A stretch of DNA of 58,952 nucleotides, filler included, from Sphacelaria rigidula (lineage: Eukaryota), in assembly GCA_964200075.2 (NCBI GenBank). It is 8 parts of 8 records of this genome, joined end to end, with 100 filler letters (N's around TTAATTAATTAA, not from the genome) between each part and the next. Parts side by side here need not be neighbours in the genome. Positions count along the whole stretch, not along the records: positions 7,384 to 14,665 come from CAXNAA020015640.1; positions 14,766 to 22,047 come from CAXNAA020015641.1; positions 22,148 to 29,429 come from CAXNAA020015642.1; 5 more parts are not named here. The stretch is one strand, 5' to 3'. Each line of letters starts with the position of its first letter. Position 1 is the stretch's first letter. The position numbers and the translations under genes were made by a program. Under the pieces are notes generated by a model that saw only the letters and a list, made by a program, of their open reading frames with translations, made no database searches and was not told the DNA's origin. Positions 12,990-25,631 of this stretch are shown here, one piece after another.

Positions 12990-13580
12990 TGGTGGCTTGG
13001 CTGCCATCACCACTGCTGTCGCTGGTGCTTGCGGGCAGTCAGTATGTTTCTTTATTGTCCTTCGCTCGCCAGTATTATGGTGGCTCTTCACCCAACGAGA
13101 ACAGCACAGGGCAGGGTCGATGACGAGTGCTTTACAAACACGCTGTCGTTAATTTAGCACAGACAGTATTGTAGCTCGCATTTCAGGTCTATGCATGCAG
13201 CGTGCTGCGAACAGCGCTCGCAATGCAGTACAGACTGCCCACGCACCCAAGACTTGTAGAGATAGGACCGCACTGACTGTACACACAAGACCACACTACA
13301 AGCAGTGCTACTGCTGCAGTGTCTACAGGGCTTGGGTGCTTGTGCAGTCCGTACTGTATTCGAGTGCTGTTTGCAACACGCTGCATGCACATACCTTAAC
13401 TAAGCTACATTGTGGAACCTACATCGAGAGTGTATGTACAGCACTCGTCATCGACCCTGCCCTGTTCCGTTCTCATGGGGGTAAGGGCCATCACGCTACT
13501 GGCGAGCGAGGGACAATCAAGCAACACGCTGACTGCCTGCGAGAACCAGCGACAGCAGTGAAGGCAGCCAAGCCATCACT
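12990..13580. repeat. Foldback inverted repeat of about 600 bp
   Basis: 12990-13131 is inverted at 13440-13578; 13192-13260 is inverted at 13322-13389. Confidence 0.8.
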
Positions 13581-14599
13581 TCAGCAAATGCATACAGTAC
13601 AGCATTACTGTGCTGTTGTCCGTGCTGTCCCTCCGGTAAAGTACTACCGTGCAGCGGAGCACAACCGTCACTTCTACAGTCAGTTAGTACAATAAGGCGG
13701 TGTTCGTATTGATCGTCTTGCGTCACGCAGCCCACTGTGTGCTGCTCAGGCGATGTATCACAGCAGTAGAGACAGTTACTGTAGTACGGACCGTATACCA
13801 AGATACGACAGCAGAGTGCTGCGTCTCTATCGCGCACCCCAGAAACTGGAATAATGCCTGCACACCTCATAGAAAACGATGTACACTGCGTTTCAAATTT
13901 CGACCGTGCGTCCATCACGTAAGAAGGGCCACAGTGCGTGAAAAATCATGTGGAAAATCACGCTGTTTAAAAACGTTTCTTTTGACAATGTGTTTTTTTT
14001 CAACATAAGAAGTAGCCTTGAAGGTGGTCGAGAAGATTATGGAGTTTGAATGACTATGGTGAAGGTGCACTAGTGTTCAGCTGCTGTACTACTCGGGAAG
14101 CGCACGCCCCCGAGCTGCCACCCCACGTTTACAGCCATTGTGAATATAACATGACAAGAACACGAACGGCGGCAGTTGTGGCCGCCACACACCAACGTAT
14201 CTGCAGTGAAAGGCGTGCCTGACATTGTGCTAGAACCAGAGAGTACGGAAATTTGGATACCATGAGCGGCAGCGTCGCGCATCCCTTGGGTTCTCTCTCG
14301 AAAACGTCCGTCACAAGACGGCCGTGTTTTATCGGTGAACTCGTCCCCTACAAGCCAAGAGGTGAAAGGGCATTCGCTCATGATAAGTGAGATTGTCTTT
14401 TGTACACATCCCCACAGGACAGAGCAGCACATGGCGGACCGCCACCAAAGCAAATGTTGTGACATTGGTGCGAAAAAATAGCATCTGGTCGAAGATGCAA
14501 GTTGGTGTGAATCGCATGGTTTACAAATTATTTTCAGTATGTACAGGCAGTCGAAATATGGTGGCTCTGCTGACCTGTTCATATATAGTCAGTGTGTAG

Positions 14600-14665
14600 T
14601 GTTGTGTGTGTTGTCGTCCTATTTATTCTGGGCGCCAGTCTACCCCTTTCGGGATATGTGGGCGC
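14600..14665 (-). mobile_element. SINE 3' end (truncated by contig end)
   Basis: TGTGTGTTGTCGTCCTATTTATTCTGGGCGCCAGTCTAC matches the reverse complement of the tail at 41075-41131. Confidence 0.75.
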
Positions 14666-14765
14666 NNNNNNNNNNNNNNNNNNNNNNNNNNNNNNNNNNN
14701 NNNNNNNNNTTAATTAATTAANNNNNNNNNNNNNNNNNNNNNNNNNNNNNNNNNNNNNNNNNNNN
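14666..14765. other. Artificial contig linker
   Basis: N44-TTAATTAATTAA-N44. Confidence 0.99.
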
Positions 14766-16560
14766 TGTTTAACATGATCAGGCGCAGGAGGATGTCATTG
14801 TCGATGGTCGTGTTGTTCCTGTACTGGCGCTGGAGATGCCGTACTACGGCCGCAAGTTTTCGAGCGAGAAATCGGCCGAGTTTTTACGGAAATACGAACA
14901 ATATGTGCGAGATGTAGATCAGGTGAACGCGCGGTGGACAAACCTCTTTGAGGTGGCAGCAGTTTCTGACCTCATGCCGAAACATATTGCGAAATGTCTG
15001 TGTGACCCGTTCTTGAAACATGCTTATGATGTATAGAACGAGCAGTTGCTTTTCGCGTTGCGCAAGCATGCGTCGTCCGGTGGGGTGCATCGCACTGTGA
15101 AGCGCGCACATGTCACACAGCATGTGTCTGCCCGAGGGGGACAGGCACGACAGTGCACCCGCCGAACGTGCAGTGGGTGGCCCACGTTTGAAACAACGAT
15201 ACAGGGCAGCTGCTTGCACTGTGAAAGCCGAGAAACATGCGTCTGCCCGAGGGGGACAGGCACGACAGTGCACCTGCTGAGCGTGCAGTAGTAGAAACCG
15301 CTCGCCCGCGACTGAAGCAACAACGCGGTGCCACTTTGAGGGGCGCGAAGGTGACGACGAACGAGTCTGTCCGAAGAGACGCACTGGGCAGCACCAACAG
15401 TTAGAGTACAGAAGTCGATGCTGAATTAGCAGCCGCTGGCAGTGCTGTTGGAAGAGGCGAACAAGTCCAACAGCCATCGCTAGTCCGAGGGGACAGGCAC
15501 GAGGGCGCTAGGGGCGTTGCCGCTCTTGCCGTCCAGGAGCAAGCCGAACAGGAGGTGGCGGCTGTAGCGAATATGGGTGATACTGCTGCTGCTGTTGGCG
15601 ATGTTGAGAGGGCGAGGCGTACATGGGCCAATGAGCAAGTACTGGTGGGCGGAGGTCCCAGGTGCTTGTTGCCGCCGGACCAGCGCGTAGCTGGATATAC
15701 TCCTTGCATGCTCGAAGCTGCTATTCGCGTATTGCGAACGAGCAGGGTGAGCAAGGAGCTTGCCGCGCTCATGGTGAATCTATCTGTGCCAGTGAGATGG
15801 CAGGAGATCGTTCAGATGATTCGCAGGGGTGTCTGCTTGAAGGACAGGTGGATGTCGGGTTGGCGGAATTGCCGCCGGAGCAGCGCGTGGCTGTGGACAC
15901 GCTTTGCATGATCGAAACAACAGGGGCGTGTGACCCGCGTAAAGCAGGTACGCAGAGCGAGCTGCGAGCTCGTGATGCTGTTAGCGAACACGATTCTGAC
16001 GGCGACGACGAGCGTCGCGTGGTGTTGGGGTCATCGTGTGCACTGCTGTTTACACGGACAGCTTTGGCGTATTTGGCGGCGATGGCGGAGGTGTCTCTAC
16101 TGTTACGCTGCGGGGTGTTTGAGGAACATGGTGTGCCACCAAGAGGTGTTGCTGTTCGGGACTGTGTAGCTGTTCCCGTTTTGCCTCTCGTTTCCTCTGA
16201 AAAACTGACTGAAGCACGGGTGTTCAGTACTGCCCAAGTATCTGTGGAGGCAGATGGCTTGTCGCATTGGTTCGGCGATGCGGGTATACCGTTTAGTGGC
16301 GAGCTGAGCGGCTCCACGAGGGTGCGAGCTGTAGCTGGACTCATGGCGCGAGGAGCGAGTGTTCGAGTGGAAACACTGCTCTACGCTGTGCACGGGGTTA
16401 TGGTTCGAGTGCTGCTGTTTCTCAGAAGCGTGCTAGAGGACTACGAAGAAGGCATTACCTGAGGTGTTTGCTGTTGTGGTGAGCGCCGAGTTGGGTGCTG
16501 ATGTTGAGGAGCAAGTGCTAAGGTGATTGAGTGCTTGTTGAGAATGAGGAAACACATTAT
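14766..16560 (+). pseudogene. gag: Degenerate Ty3/gypsy gag(-pol) remnant
   Basis: PYYGRKFSSEKSAEFLRKYEQYVRDVDQVN aligns by eye with PQYRDRYSESAYRTLITKYFQYKKRVKHAN of the gypsy at about 30520; decayed Cys/His knuckle near 15200-15250; many frame breaks. Confidence 0.5.
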
Positions 16561-17086
16561 GACTGGTATTCACGAATCGTTTTGAGAATGGTTGCAGCTT
16601 TTTATTGTGTGGTTTGTGGTAATGTTTTCGCATGAAACATGATTGTTGAGCGAGTATGATCGTATCGTGTGTGCAGGGTGAAAGTCTGGCTTACACGTGG
16701 ATATTTGGCATGTGTGTGTTGTGCTGATCTGGTTGGCACGGACGATGCATGATATTTGCTGCGAGGGGGGTGGCATTGCATTTGCTGAGTGAAATATTGG
16801 CATGCATGTGCGGATTTTCATATGCTGAGTGGAATTTCGGCAGGCATGTGCGAATTTTGCTCGAGTGGTACTGATATGATGAATGGTATCTGGTGACGAC
16901 CTAGGGTGGGGTGTTGTCAATATACTGCTGTACGCTAAATGAATAGAAGCTTGTACAATCTTGTTCGCGCAGGAACACAGTCGAATCATATTTGTGCAGT
17001 TTGCACGTAGTGACTGCAGGATATATGGATTAGTCTATAGGGCTGCAAAATACTGTTCCGAATTTCTACCGACCCCAATACTAAAC

Positions 17087-19778
17087 GGCCCATTTGTCGG
17101 CCAATATTTAGAGTTGGGCACTGATATTTGATGTGGACAATGAATAGGGCACCATAAAAACTACGCATGTGTCCAAAGTTTTTTTTCTTCTCATGAGTCA
17201 AGGTTAATAACCGATTTTCAGGTATTAGTAAAATGCCCTTGAGTCATGAGTGTATATATATGTACATGTATCATTTCACTTTTTTCACCACTTTTGCCGA
17301 GTTTCCTCAGGCGGCAAGGCATCTTATCACGCGCTTCTTTTTGCAGTACACGAAGAAGGTGCAGCGGTACATTACCTTTCAGGTTTGGGTGTCATTTAAT
17401 ATTTGTGGCGCGTGTTCTGGCCATCGAAAGTCGCCCACGCTTGCTCTTTTTCCCGGGGTATCGATCCCGAACCACAAAAGCCTTCCTTAAGGTCGTGGAA
17501 AACTTCAAACAAGAACCACAAAAGCCCGCGCATGGCGGGGGATTTTTCACCATGATTTTCTTTGCGTTCTCGATGATTTGGGAACACGAAGACAGCGGTC
17601 ATGTAGCGGTTATGTCGAGAACATGGGAGCAAAGCAGAAGAAAACAGATGGACATTGCCTTGACTTAGTCAGCAGCAAACACAAGTCGAATGATCTGAGA
17701 TCCCTCATCATTTAGTTTTGACCTGAAGCCTCTAACACGGTCATATCTGCGCAATATGTGCCCCAATTATGCGAACATAACAATCCACAAAAGCATGGTG
17801 AAGAACACTGAAGAATGTGTAGATTGGTATTAGAGGAAGGGCTCACTGTCACAGCTGCAGTAGGGGAAGTCGCTGATGGCCTGGTGTGCATTGATATGGT
17901 GGATAACCACGGTGCGTGGCATTTTATTTTTTCAACACCCTGCTGTCTGATGACGGCTAGATAGAGTGGGTACAGTGACAGTTGAGCACGCAGGCTGCGA
18001 CGGATCCTGCCGGCCTCATCATCAATCTTGGCCCAGTCATGGACGAACGATCGAGGAAACTCAGCAAACAAGCGTCGTTTATGGTCCGCTGTATATATGA
18101 GGGTTGGGAGCTGAACATTGCCGGTTCAAAGATCTCGACAGTCGAAGATTAAGCTTCTGTCGCGCGACTAGTGGGTAGTGCCACGGACCCTTGCCGGCGT
18201 ACCTGGCACTGGGGGCGACATCCCGGTGCAGACAGTCCCATCACTACCGGGACGGCCGTGCAAACAGGCCGGCAGCCGAAATGGCCGTTGCACTGGTGTT
18301 CTTCTAGCGTTATCAAGTCGGAGCACGGCCGCACAGGCTTTTCACGCGAATATTTCGGTGATTACCTCACTTCCACTTCGGCCATGTGTTGTGGATTATT
18401 TCACGATCTCACCGCCTGATATGTACGGAAATGTATTACACCCTAGACAAGAGCTTTCTACAGTCAGCATACAGTTTACAAGTATGTACTGTGCACAGTA
18501 TAGAAGCTATTGCCTTCTGCGACGTGCACAGTACTCGTACAAAAGACTCAGTGGGAACTGCGCGCAGTATGACTTCAAGGCAGTGTAGAAATCTCCACAC
18601 AGTATGAATTGTTACAGTCGGCTTGCGCCCCATAGCGGCTGTGCTACCATACAGCTCCGCTCAAGATACAGGCAGGAATTATAGCGGCAGAGGCGACCTA
18701 TTACTCTTGCGTGCGCCACCCAGGGCGAATGCACACTCAGCTGCAACACCGACCGCTGCACTAGATGTGGCAGAGCGAGGGGTGGTACCTCACGTACACA
18801 CAGACAGCAAGGATAGTATCATACATATATACTGTACTGTATACAAGTGTGATTTGAAATCCGTGCGCGCGGGGTCGGGCCGGCATTTAGAGAACTCTGC
18901 ACGAGTTCGCCGTGTACTACCGGGACCTTATTTCAGTCGCAATCACTTGCGATGTGTGCTGTGACGGGTTTCGTGCGTGATGGTTTTTTTTCCCCTCCGC
19001 ACACCGCCCGTGAAGCGAGCTCTTCATGCTGGAAGTGTCCACCGCTTTTCCCGCCACTCTTGGTCTGAGACAATTGAAACTGCGGAATGTGACAGTATCG
19101 CACAGTGGATTCTCGAAATTGGGGTTGAAAACAAAATGAGGTTCAACTCAAAAGCCGTGCTTTCCCTGACCGAAATGTATGACAAATGACTTTCATACGG
19201 ACCAGCCCATCCCTCCCGACCTCCCTGAAACCATATCGGGGGATTTCTAGCCTTCCATTCCCCAAAAGGGTATGTGCGAAAGCACACGTTTTCCTCGATT
19301 TCGGGGTGGAAAAAGACGTTTTTTGGCCCCGAAATCGTGCTTTCGCACATACCCTTTGCTGGAACGGCATACCCTTTGGGGGAACAGAAGGCTAGATATC
19401 GCTCGAGATAGTTTTAGGGAGGTCGGGAGGGATGGGGTGATCCATATAAAAGCCATTTGTCACGAATTTAGGTCAGAGAAAGCACGGTTTTTGAGTTGAG
19501 CCTCATTTCGTTTTCAACCCCATTTTCGAGAATCCACTGTTATCTACTGGAAGGTACATATTCTCCCACACAATCGGCTCCATAATATGAAAAAGGAATA
19601 ACACTGGTTTATTTTCGACTTGCGTCACCCCCGGGAGGCCAGTACCAACCTCCCGAAGGGGAACCTTGTGTGTATATATATATATATGCTTACACGGGTG
19701 TTTTCTTCCATTATGCCCTTTTCATTGTCCATACCCACTTTCAGGGTCCAACTCTAAAAATTGACCGACGAATGGGCC
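17087..19778. mobile_element. Possible 2.7-kb TIR DNA transposon
   Basis: About 75-bp imperfect inverted repeats GGCCCATTTGTCGGCCAATATTTAGAGTTGG / CCAACTCTAAAAATTGACCGACGAATGGGCC; no clear TSD. Confidence 0.45.
19102..19540. mobile_element. Foldback MITE with long TIRs
   Basis: ACAGTGGATTCTCGAAA...TTTCGAGAATCCACTGT; arms pair over about 170 bp. Confidence 0.85.
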
Positions 19779-19819
19779 TGTGAACTACAAATCCGCCTCC
19801 AGGCTGGCACAGATCGTAC

Positions 19820-20220
19820 ATAGCGGTACTTCAGGTGACTGTTAGATACTGGTTGACTGCTGAGCTAATCAGCAAGCGCTTGCTGATTAGCTCAGCAGTC
19901 AACCAGTATCCAACAAAAGTCAAGCTCGGTGGGTCCGTCGCATAACCCTGAGTAGTTACACCCCACAGTTGTCATCCCTGTAACCAACGCCGATAACGTC
20001 AACCAGTCGACCGTAATTCTCAGCGACGTCGAAGTTTTCAAGTATTTAGACCGCACCCCGGGTGCTCACTAATCGAAGAATACTCTTTCTTCCACGGATA
20101 TCCCAACCCACAACCTGGCTTTTGTCAGATACTGGTTGACTGCTGAGCGACTCAGCCAGCGCTGGTTGATAAGCTCAGCAGTCAACCAGTGTCTTATAGT
20201 GACCGAGGTTCGGCGGTACA
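19820..20220. mobile_element. MITE whose two arms each contain a 66-bp palindrome
   Basis: Perfect palindrome 19845-19910 and imperfect copy 20128-20193; their flanks are mutually inverted. Confidence 0.7.
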
Positions 20221-20257
20221 ACTGTCAGCATTATGCAGCGTTTTTTCCACAAGATAC

Positions 20258-20438
20258 CTTCCACTGTGTCGTCCACCAGTGAGCGATCTTGAGTGTCGGT
20301 GGTTTCCAAGGATCGCTCAGCCTCGAAGACCAGGCCCGTATCGCCTACCTCTGCCGACAGAAGGTTCCAGTCTTGGGAGCACTCGTCTACGATCGGAGTG
20401 CCGCTTTCGAGTGCATGCGCGTCCGTGAGGTTACCCGA
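20258..20438 (-). CDS. DOMON-domain protein, exon 2
   Basis: CAG acceptor and G|GTAT donor; SGNLTDAHALESGTPIVDECSQDWNLLSAEV...FEAERSLETTDTQDR continues exon 1 in phase 0. Confidence 0.85.
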
Positions 20439-20800
20439 CTGCGGGTTAAAAACCAGCGATGTATGCATGTAGGGGAAGAGGTGGGCGGCTGTGGGTGGCC
20501 GGTTGATGGCTTTGTATTTTCTCCCTCCTGGTTCGTCGTGTTGAATGCCCGAATAGCACTGTGTACGCCCTTGCGGGACAAAAACTGTAGACCTCAACTC
20601 AGTAAAATACGGGCAAGTGTCTTCCTGTCACAGAACGCGAGTCACACATGTGCCTGAACTACATGGCAACACAAAATCCACCCGTGTAACAAACGGCATT
20701 CATCATCGCGCTCGCCAGAATAGGTCTTGGGGCTTACATGTTTCGGTCACAGCAATACGAATCCACAAATCTCATGGTACTGCCTACGAGTCGCTCTCAC

Positions 20801-21076
20801 CAAGGCCTCGTAGTAGATGATGTCGGCTCCCTCCATGCCACCCATCTCTGAAAAACCAAACCCTGCCCACCCCGTGGCCGCCTTCGCGTGAACAGCAACA
20901 CGGATGGTCGCCAGGTCCGTATCAATCGTCCAGTACATATCAAAATTGTCGCCCAGGGTCATATTTCGGCTGTACGACGCATTAACCTGCTGCCCGGTTG
21001 CGGGCAAGCAGACAGTCGCTAGGGCGACGAAGGTCGCCAAGGCGACTGAGACCTCACCACGATGCACAACCACCAT
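20801..21076 (-). CDS. Secreted DOMON-domain protein (DBH/MOXD1-like monooxygenase N-terminus), exon 1
   Basis: Hydrophobic signal peptide, then MYWTID...GWAGFGFSEMGGMEGADII (DOMON signature); TTG|GTGAGA donor after 92 codons. Confidence 0.85.
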
Positions 21077-22047
21077 CCTCCCGGAACTGGGTGTTGAGCA
21101 GCGTTTTGCCAAGAGGTGATTGCTGGCCTGCGGGGGTGGCGATTGTTGTTCAGCTGTCCACACGAAGGTAAATCAAGGACAGGGACGAAAGATGACCGCG
21201 CATTGTCTTGATTAGTTTTGACGCACCCCTTGCTTCTCGCTGTATCATGAGATAGAACGGAACAAGAAATCGATTGCACAACACTTCGGGTCTATCGATC
21301 AACTGGGGATGTTTCTTGAGGGGCTTAGTGTGAAGTCGATGTTGAGCAGGACACGCGTGCAGTGACATACGGTGAGGATGTCCTCACGATCTTGCATGAC
21401 GTAGTCATATGACCATAGACCTCGCACGCATACAAAAGCCGGGACGGAGCACGCCGGGTTTTCGCCGGAGAAGGCTCGCAATCAATCACCAGGTGCAAAG
21501 CGCTGGGATGTGTTCGGCGAGTCGCATGAAGGTTGAGCTGCATCCTGTTGAGATTGTTCGGCTCGAAGTGTACTGATTATCTTGCATTTGGATGACAGCC
21601 TTCGATGAGTTGCGTAATTTTCGGGTATCGCCACTTCCAGAGACAGCTAAGACTTCACACTGCCTCATCGGTGTCTCACCATTCACACACTACGTACTAC
21701 AGACAGTAGTGGGCGATGTAACTATTCAGGGGCGTTTTGGTGTTTTACTCGCATACTACTCCTACTCCTCGATAGAACTCGAAATTGCTAGCGTCGGTAG
21801 ATTTTGGTACAATAAACAGATATCCTCGAAACACAGTGCCCAAGTCAGTGTTAATTGGTGTTATCGGGCGATGCGAGTAAATATCCCGTCTATTAGGAGG
21901 GTTGCAATTAGAGTTGCGCTCCATTATGCTTCTTCCCTCCGGCCTCAGCTCGAGCGCTGAGGCCGGGTTGGGCTGGCTGACGGCAGCGGCCCAAGGAAAG
22001 AGGCAGCAACTTGGCTAGTACGGAGTATCTGTGATATCTACTGTCAA

Positions 22048-22147
22048 NNNNNNNNNNNNNNNNNNNNNNNNNNNNNNNNNNNNNNNNNNNNTTAATTAAT
22101 TAANNNNNNNNNNNNNNNNNNNNNNNNNNNNNNNNNNNNNNNNNNNN
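22048..22147. other. Artificial contig linker
   Basis: N44-TTAATTAATTAA-N44. Confidence 0.99.
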
Positions 22148-24091
22148 TATATACGCGCTGTACAAAATACTGCAGAGTTTGCGCGGCATACGCGCCACGT
22201 GTGGCTAAACAAAGTGGATGCCTCTAACTTTGGGTACATGGGGGGGTTATATACCGTGATCTACTGAGTATACACGATGCCCGTTCTTGCAGCGTGCTCA
22301 CCGCTGCAGTCAGTAGGACGTGACAGGGAAGCGCACAAAGTATAGTACAGACACCGCGGGATTAAATTTATGTTCTATGCTCACAGTGCAACGTGAAAAG
22401 GACTTGAACAGTGTGCGCAGCTTTGTCTGCCTGCACTGTTCATGGGTGTGTATGCAGTGAACCGCCGGTTGTTGCTCGCACCATACCCCACTGCTCAAGT
22501 TCAAACTTCCACCAAGACATACATCATGCTCAACTACTGCAGTGTGTATCTATATCCCTGTGCCCAACTCGTGCTCTTTGCTGCAGGGTTATCGTGGTGG
22601 TATTATAGCTGGGGATAGGTGTTGTCGGGTTCGCAATTCAATCTGTGAACGGCGGGTGATACATATATTTTTTCTGGCGTGATGGTCCCAAAGGTCCCCT
22701 GGAAGTAGTTATAGGACACAAGTGCACAAGTGCTGATGTGCACGCTGGAGGATACTGCACGGCTATGTCTTTCGGAGTCGCATCAAATACCTTAGAGGCC
22801 ATAGTCGGTCCCTCCGCCAGAGGAATGATGCTCATACTTCCCTCTGCCGTTCATATTTCCCTGTACGGGACGTTCACGAAAACCACGTGCTCCAGTGCAC
22901 CATATTATTTTCGGTACTCTGGAGGGATTCAGACCTCAGAAGTCACTGAAGCGTCAGATGCCCTCCAGAGGATTCGTTTCATGACCGGAACCGAGTATGA
23001 AATACCCTCTAGAGGATATTTTTATCCTCCCGAGGGTCACTTTACCCTCGAGAGGATGAAAATCGCGACAGAGGATTTAAGGGGGTAGCCGAATGGCCGC
23101 GTGTGGGGCCATCGGGTCCTCTATACTGTACGTATCACAAGTGAATGGGAAGCATTACTTACTCGTGGCCAAAGCCTTACTCCGTCGATGAGCCACCCCC
23201 TGTCAAATCATCATTATTACATACTTATAAAGCCAATGCGCCCGGAACTTGCGAAGCTGTGCCGCCATACTTGTGCTTTCTGACAGCCGTGTGTGTTCAT
23301 GAGAGGTATCTCAATCTCGAGGTTCCCGATACATTTCACAGTAATCCGTAGTTTAATCAATGTTAAATACCTTGGAAACCTCGAGTTGGGGTACCTTTGA
23401 TGAGGGTTGACGATTTGCATTGAGTTGGGTTTGGAGCTCTGCGTATGGGGTTGCGGTTAGCTTTGTTTTGAAAATGTGTCAACCATTACTTACGGAATGC
23501 GGCGAACTGGAGGGTAACTCACCTCGTTCAATGTTTTGTGGAATACTCCGCTGAGCCGCTTCACATTCCATGATAATATACTTTGCGCGGATTTGCTCAC
23601 GTAGGAAATGAATAATAACGAACAGTGCTTGGCGACTAGCAGCTAGGTTAGCCACAAAGCACGACTCACGTCTTCAAGAAAATATTACGCGAGTAGTCGG
23701 TACGTTCCACGCCTTGGCAAAATGTATACGGTCAGCAGATGCAACACCGTACTGGGTAACGTATAGGCCCACCACGACCGCACTGTCGACAATGGTTGTA
23801 ATGGGCCTATACTTTACCCAGTATGTTGTGTCCCTGATGGCATCTATCCACCATATAATGTCTAGGCTGTGGTATGTTCTCATCATACTGTGGTCCATCT
23901 CGATCGCGCATACAGTAGTAGCTCATCTGGGCGAGGGTAGGTTGTATGTTGAATCGACACCAGTTTCACGTGAAAATAGTATAAATGGCCCAACAACAGA
24001 AGTTCCTACGATTTTTTCAAAGTTGACAATAGGTGGTTCAGGACGGATCATCCGATGTGATGTTAATATCATCTGATATAATGTTTGAGGT

Positions 24092-24403
24092 CAGTTCACC
24101 ACTTGGGATGGTATAAAATTTCTCAGAAACTTATAACTTCCAACAAACCATCACACCAACACTAACCCTAACCGTAACCCCAACGACAGCACATCGAGAA
24201 CCCTCGGGCGAGGGGGTGGAGAGCGCTGCCAGACCTAAAATCGGCGCCCCAGGTGCCGATTTCGACCAAAACGCGTTCTGCGCAAGCCACGAGTAGGAGC
24301 ACACTTGGAGCATAGCCCCATGAAAGATCCGAATTTTCGCTGTTCAGATTAAACTCAAGTCGAACTATCTGAGAAATTTCTCACGATCTTAAGTGGTAAA
24401 CTC
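24092..24403. mobile_element. MITE with about 40-bp TIRs and degenerate CCCTAA-like hexamers
   Basis: AGTTCACCACTTGGGAT...TTTCTCAGA is inverted at 24362-24403; internal CGAGAACCCTCGGGC core is shared with about 37905-38060. Confidence 0.6.
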
Positions 24404-24587
24404 TACTGAAACATTTGGAGGCCTACTCTGAAATCTGTTCAGTGAATATAGGTCTCCCAACCATGATGCGGCGGACTTTCATTCAACTTGAAAATTGCAA
24501 GCAAACCGTGACGGCGTATCTTGCCCCGCGAAAAAACGGGGGGGGGGGGGGGGGGGGGGGCAGGTTTTTTCCATCGGGATGTCCCGA

Positions 24588-24773
24588 GACAACCTGTAGC
24601 GGGGCACCCCCGTACACGCTTCAGTGGCACTCTNNNNNNNNNNGGAGGTGGGGTGGCGGCGGCGAGTCGTGTGCGTGGGGGGGGGGTGGGCGGCGGGGGG
24701 CAGTGTATCTGCATCTGGATCTGCAGCGACAACCTGTAGCGAGGCACCTCCGTACACGCTTCAGTCGCACTCT
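24588..24773. repeat. Direct repeat spanning a 10-N gap (probably a collapsed G-rich tandem repeat)
   Basis: GACAACCTGTAGCG.GGCACC.CCGTACACGCTTCAGT.GCACTCT occurs twice. Confidence 0.7.
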
Positions 24774-25475
24774 GTACTTCACCGAACGCACTCTCTCCAC
24801 GGTCATTGAAATCACCGCATCATTTGAGGTAAGTACGTGAACGGTATACTTAACTTGGCCTAGAGGTGACGCCTGTGTCACTCAGGCGAAACACGTGAAC
24901 GACGGAGGGTCATCGTAGTAGTAGCGTCGATGTAGACTGCGGCTCTCACGAAATGTAGTGCTCCTCGTCATGCCTAATATCACGTCGTGAATCATTGAGG
25001 GACCATCGGAGGGATAGGTCAAAATTGCCATCGGATATGGGCTTGATTCGTCCGCGGTATCAGAGCATTGTGGTCATGTTGGAGCATCGTTTGTGCTCAT
25101 GGCAGTCGTCCCACTGCACTATTATTCCACTCCACCAGCAGTGTGCGCAATACTACTGTTGTATACTGCCGTTCTGTACAAGTGGCCGACCTCAGTCCCA
25201 GTGTATGTTGTGAATCCTGTTGTTTATTCTGTGCATGTAGTCCGGGGTATGCTTTGTGTTTTGTCTTACCGCTGATCAAACGGTACCTCATGGTAGCTGG
25301 CCAGGTGATGACAAATACAGTTATTATATGTTGAATTTGTTTCTTGAATTTAATTTGACCGTAAATAGTTTTTCCGTTTTGCGTTATCTCGTGTACGTTC
25401 ATCACATACCCACGACTGGATCCCTGGCGAATCAGCTAATATGCTACAAGCAATCAATAATTCGATCGATCTTGA

Positions 25476-25631
25476 CCCTTTGACCACGAGCGTTGGCCAT
25501 CTGTTGAATCAGCACCACTATGACTTCGAACCGTTTTACGGCTAGCATAGGAGGTCATCTGTTGAATTGGCTTCAGCTCACTTGAAAAATCACTGCATGA
25601 CTAAAAAAAAACTACCCTCGCGCCCAAGGGG
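25476..25631. mobile_element. Diverged, longer piggyBac-type MITE
   Basis: TTGA|CCCTTTGACCACGAG...CTCGCGCCCAAGGGG|TTAA with a duplicated CTGTTGAAT motif. Confidence 0.6.
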
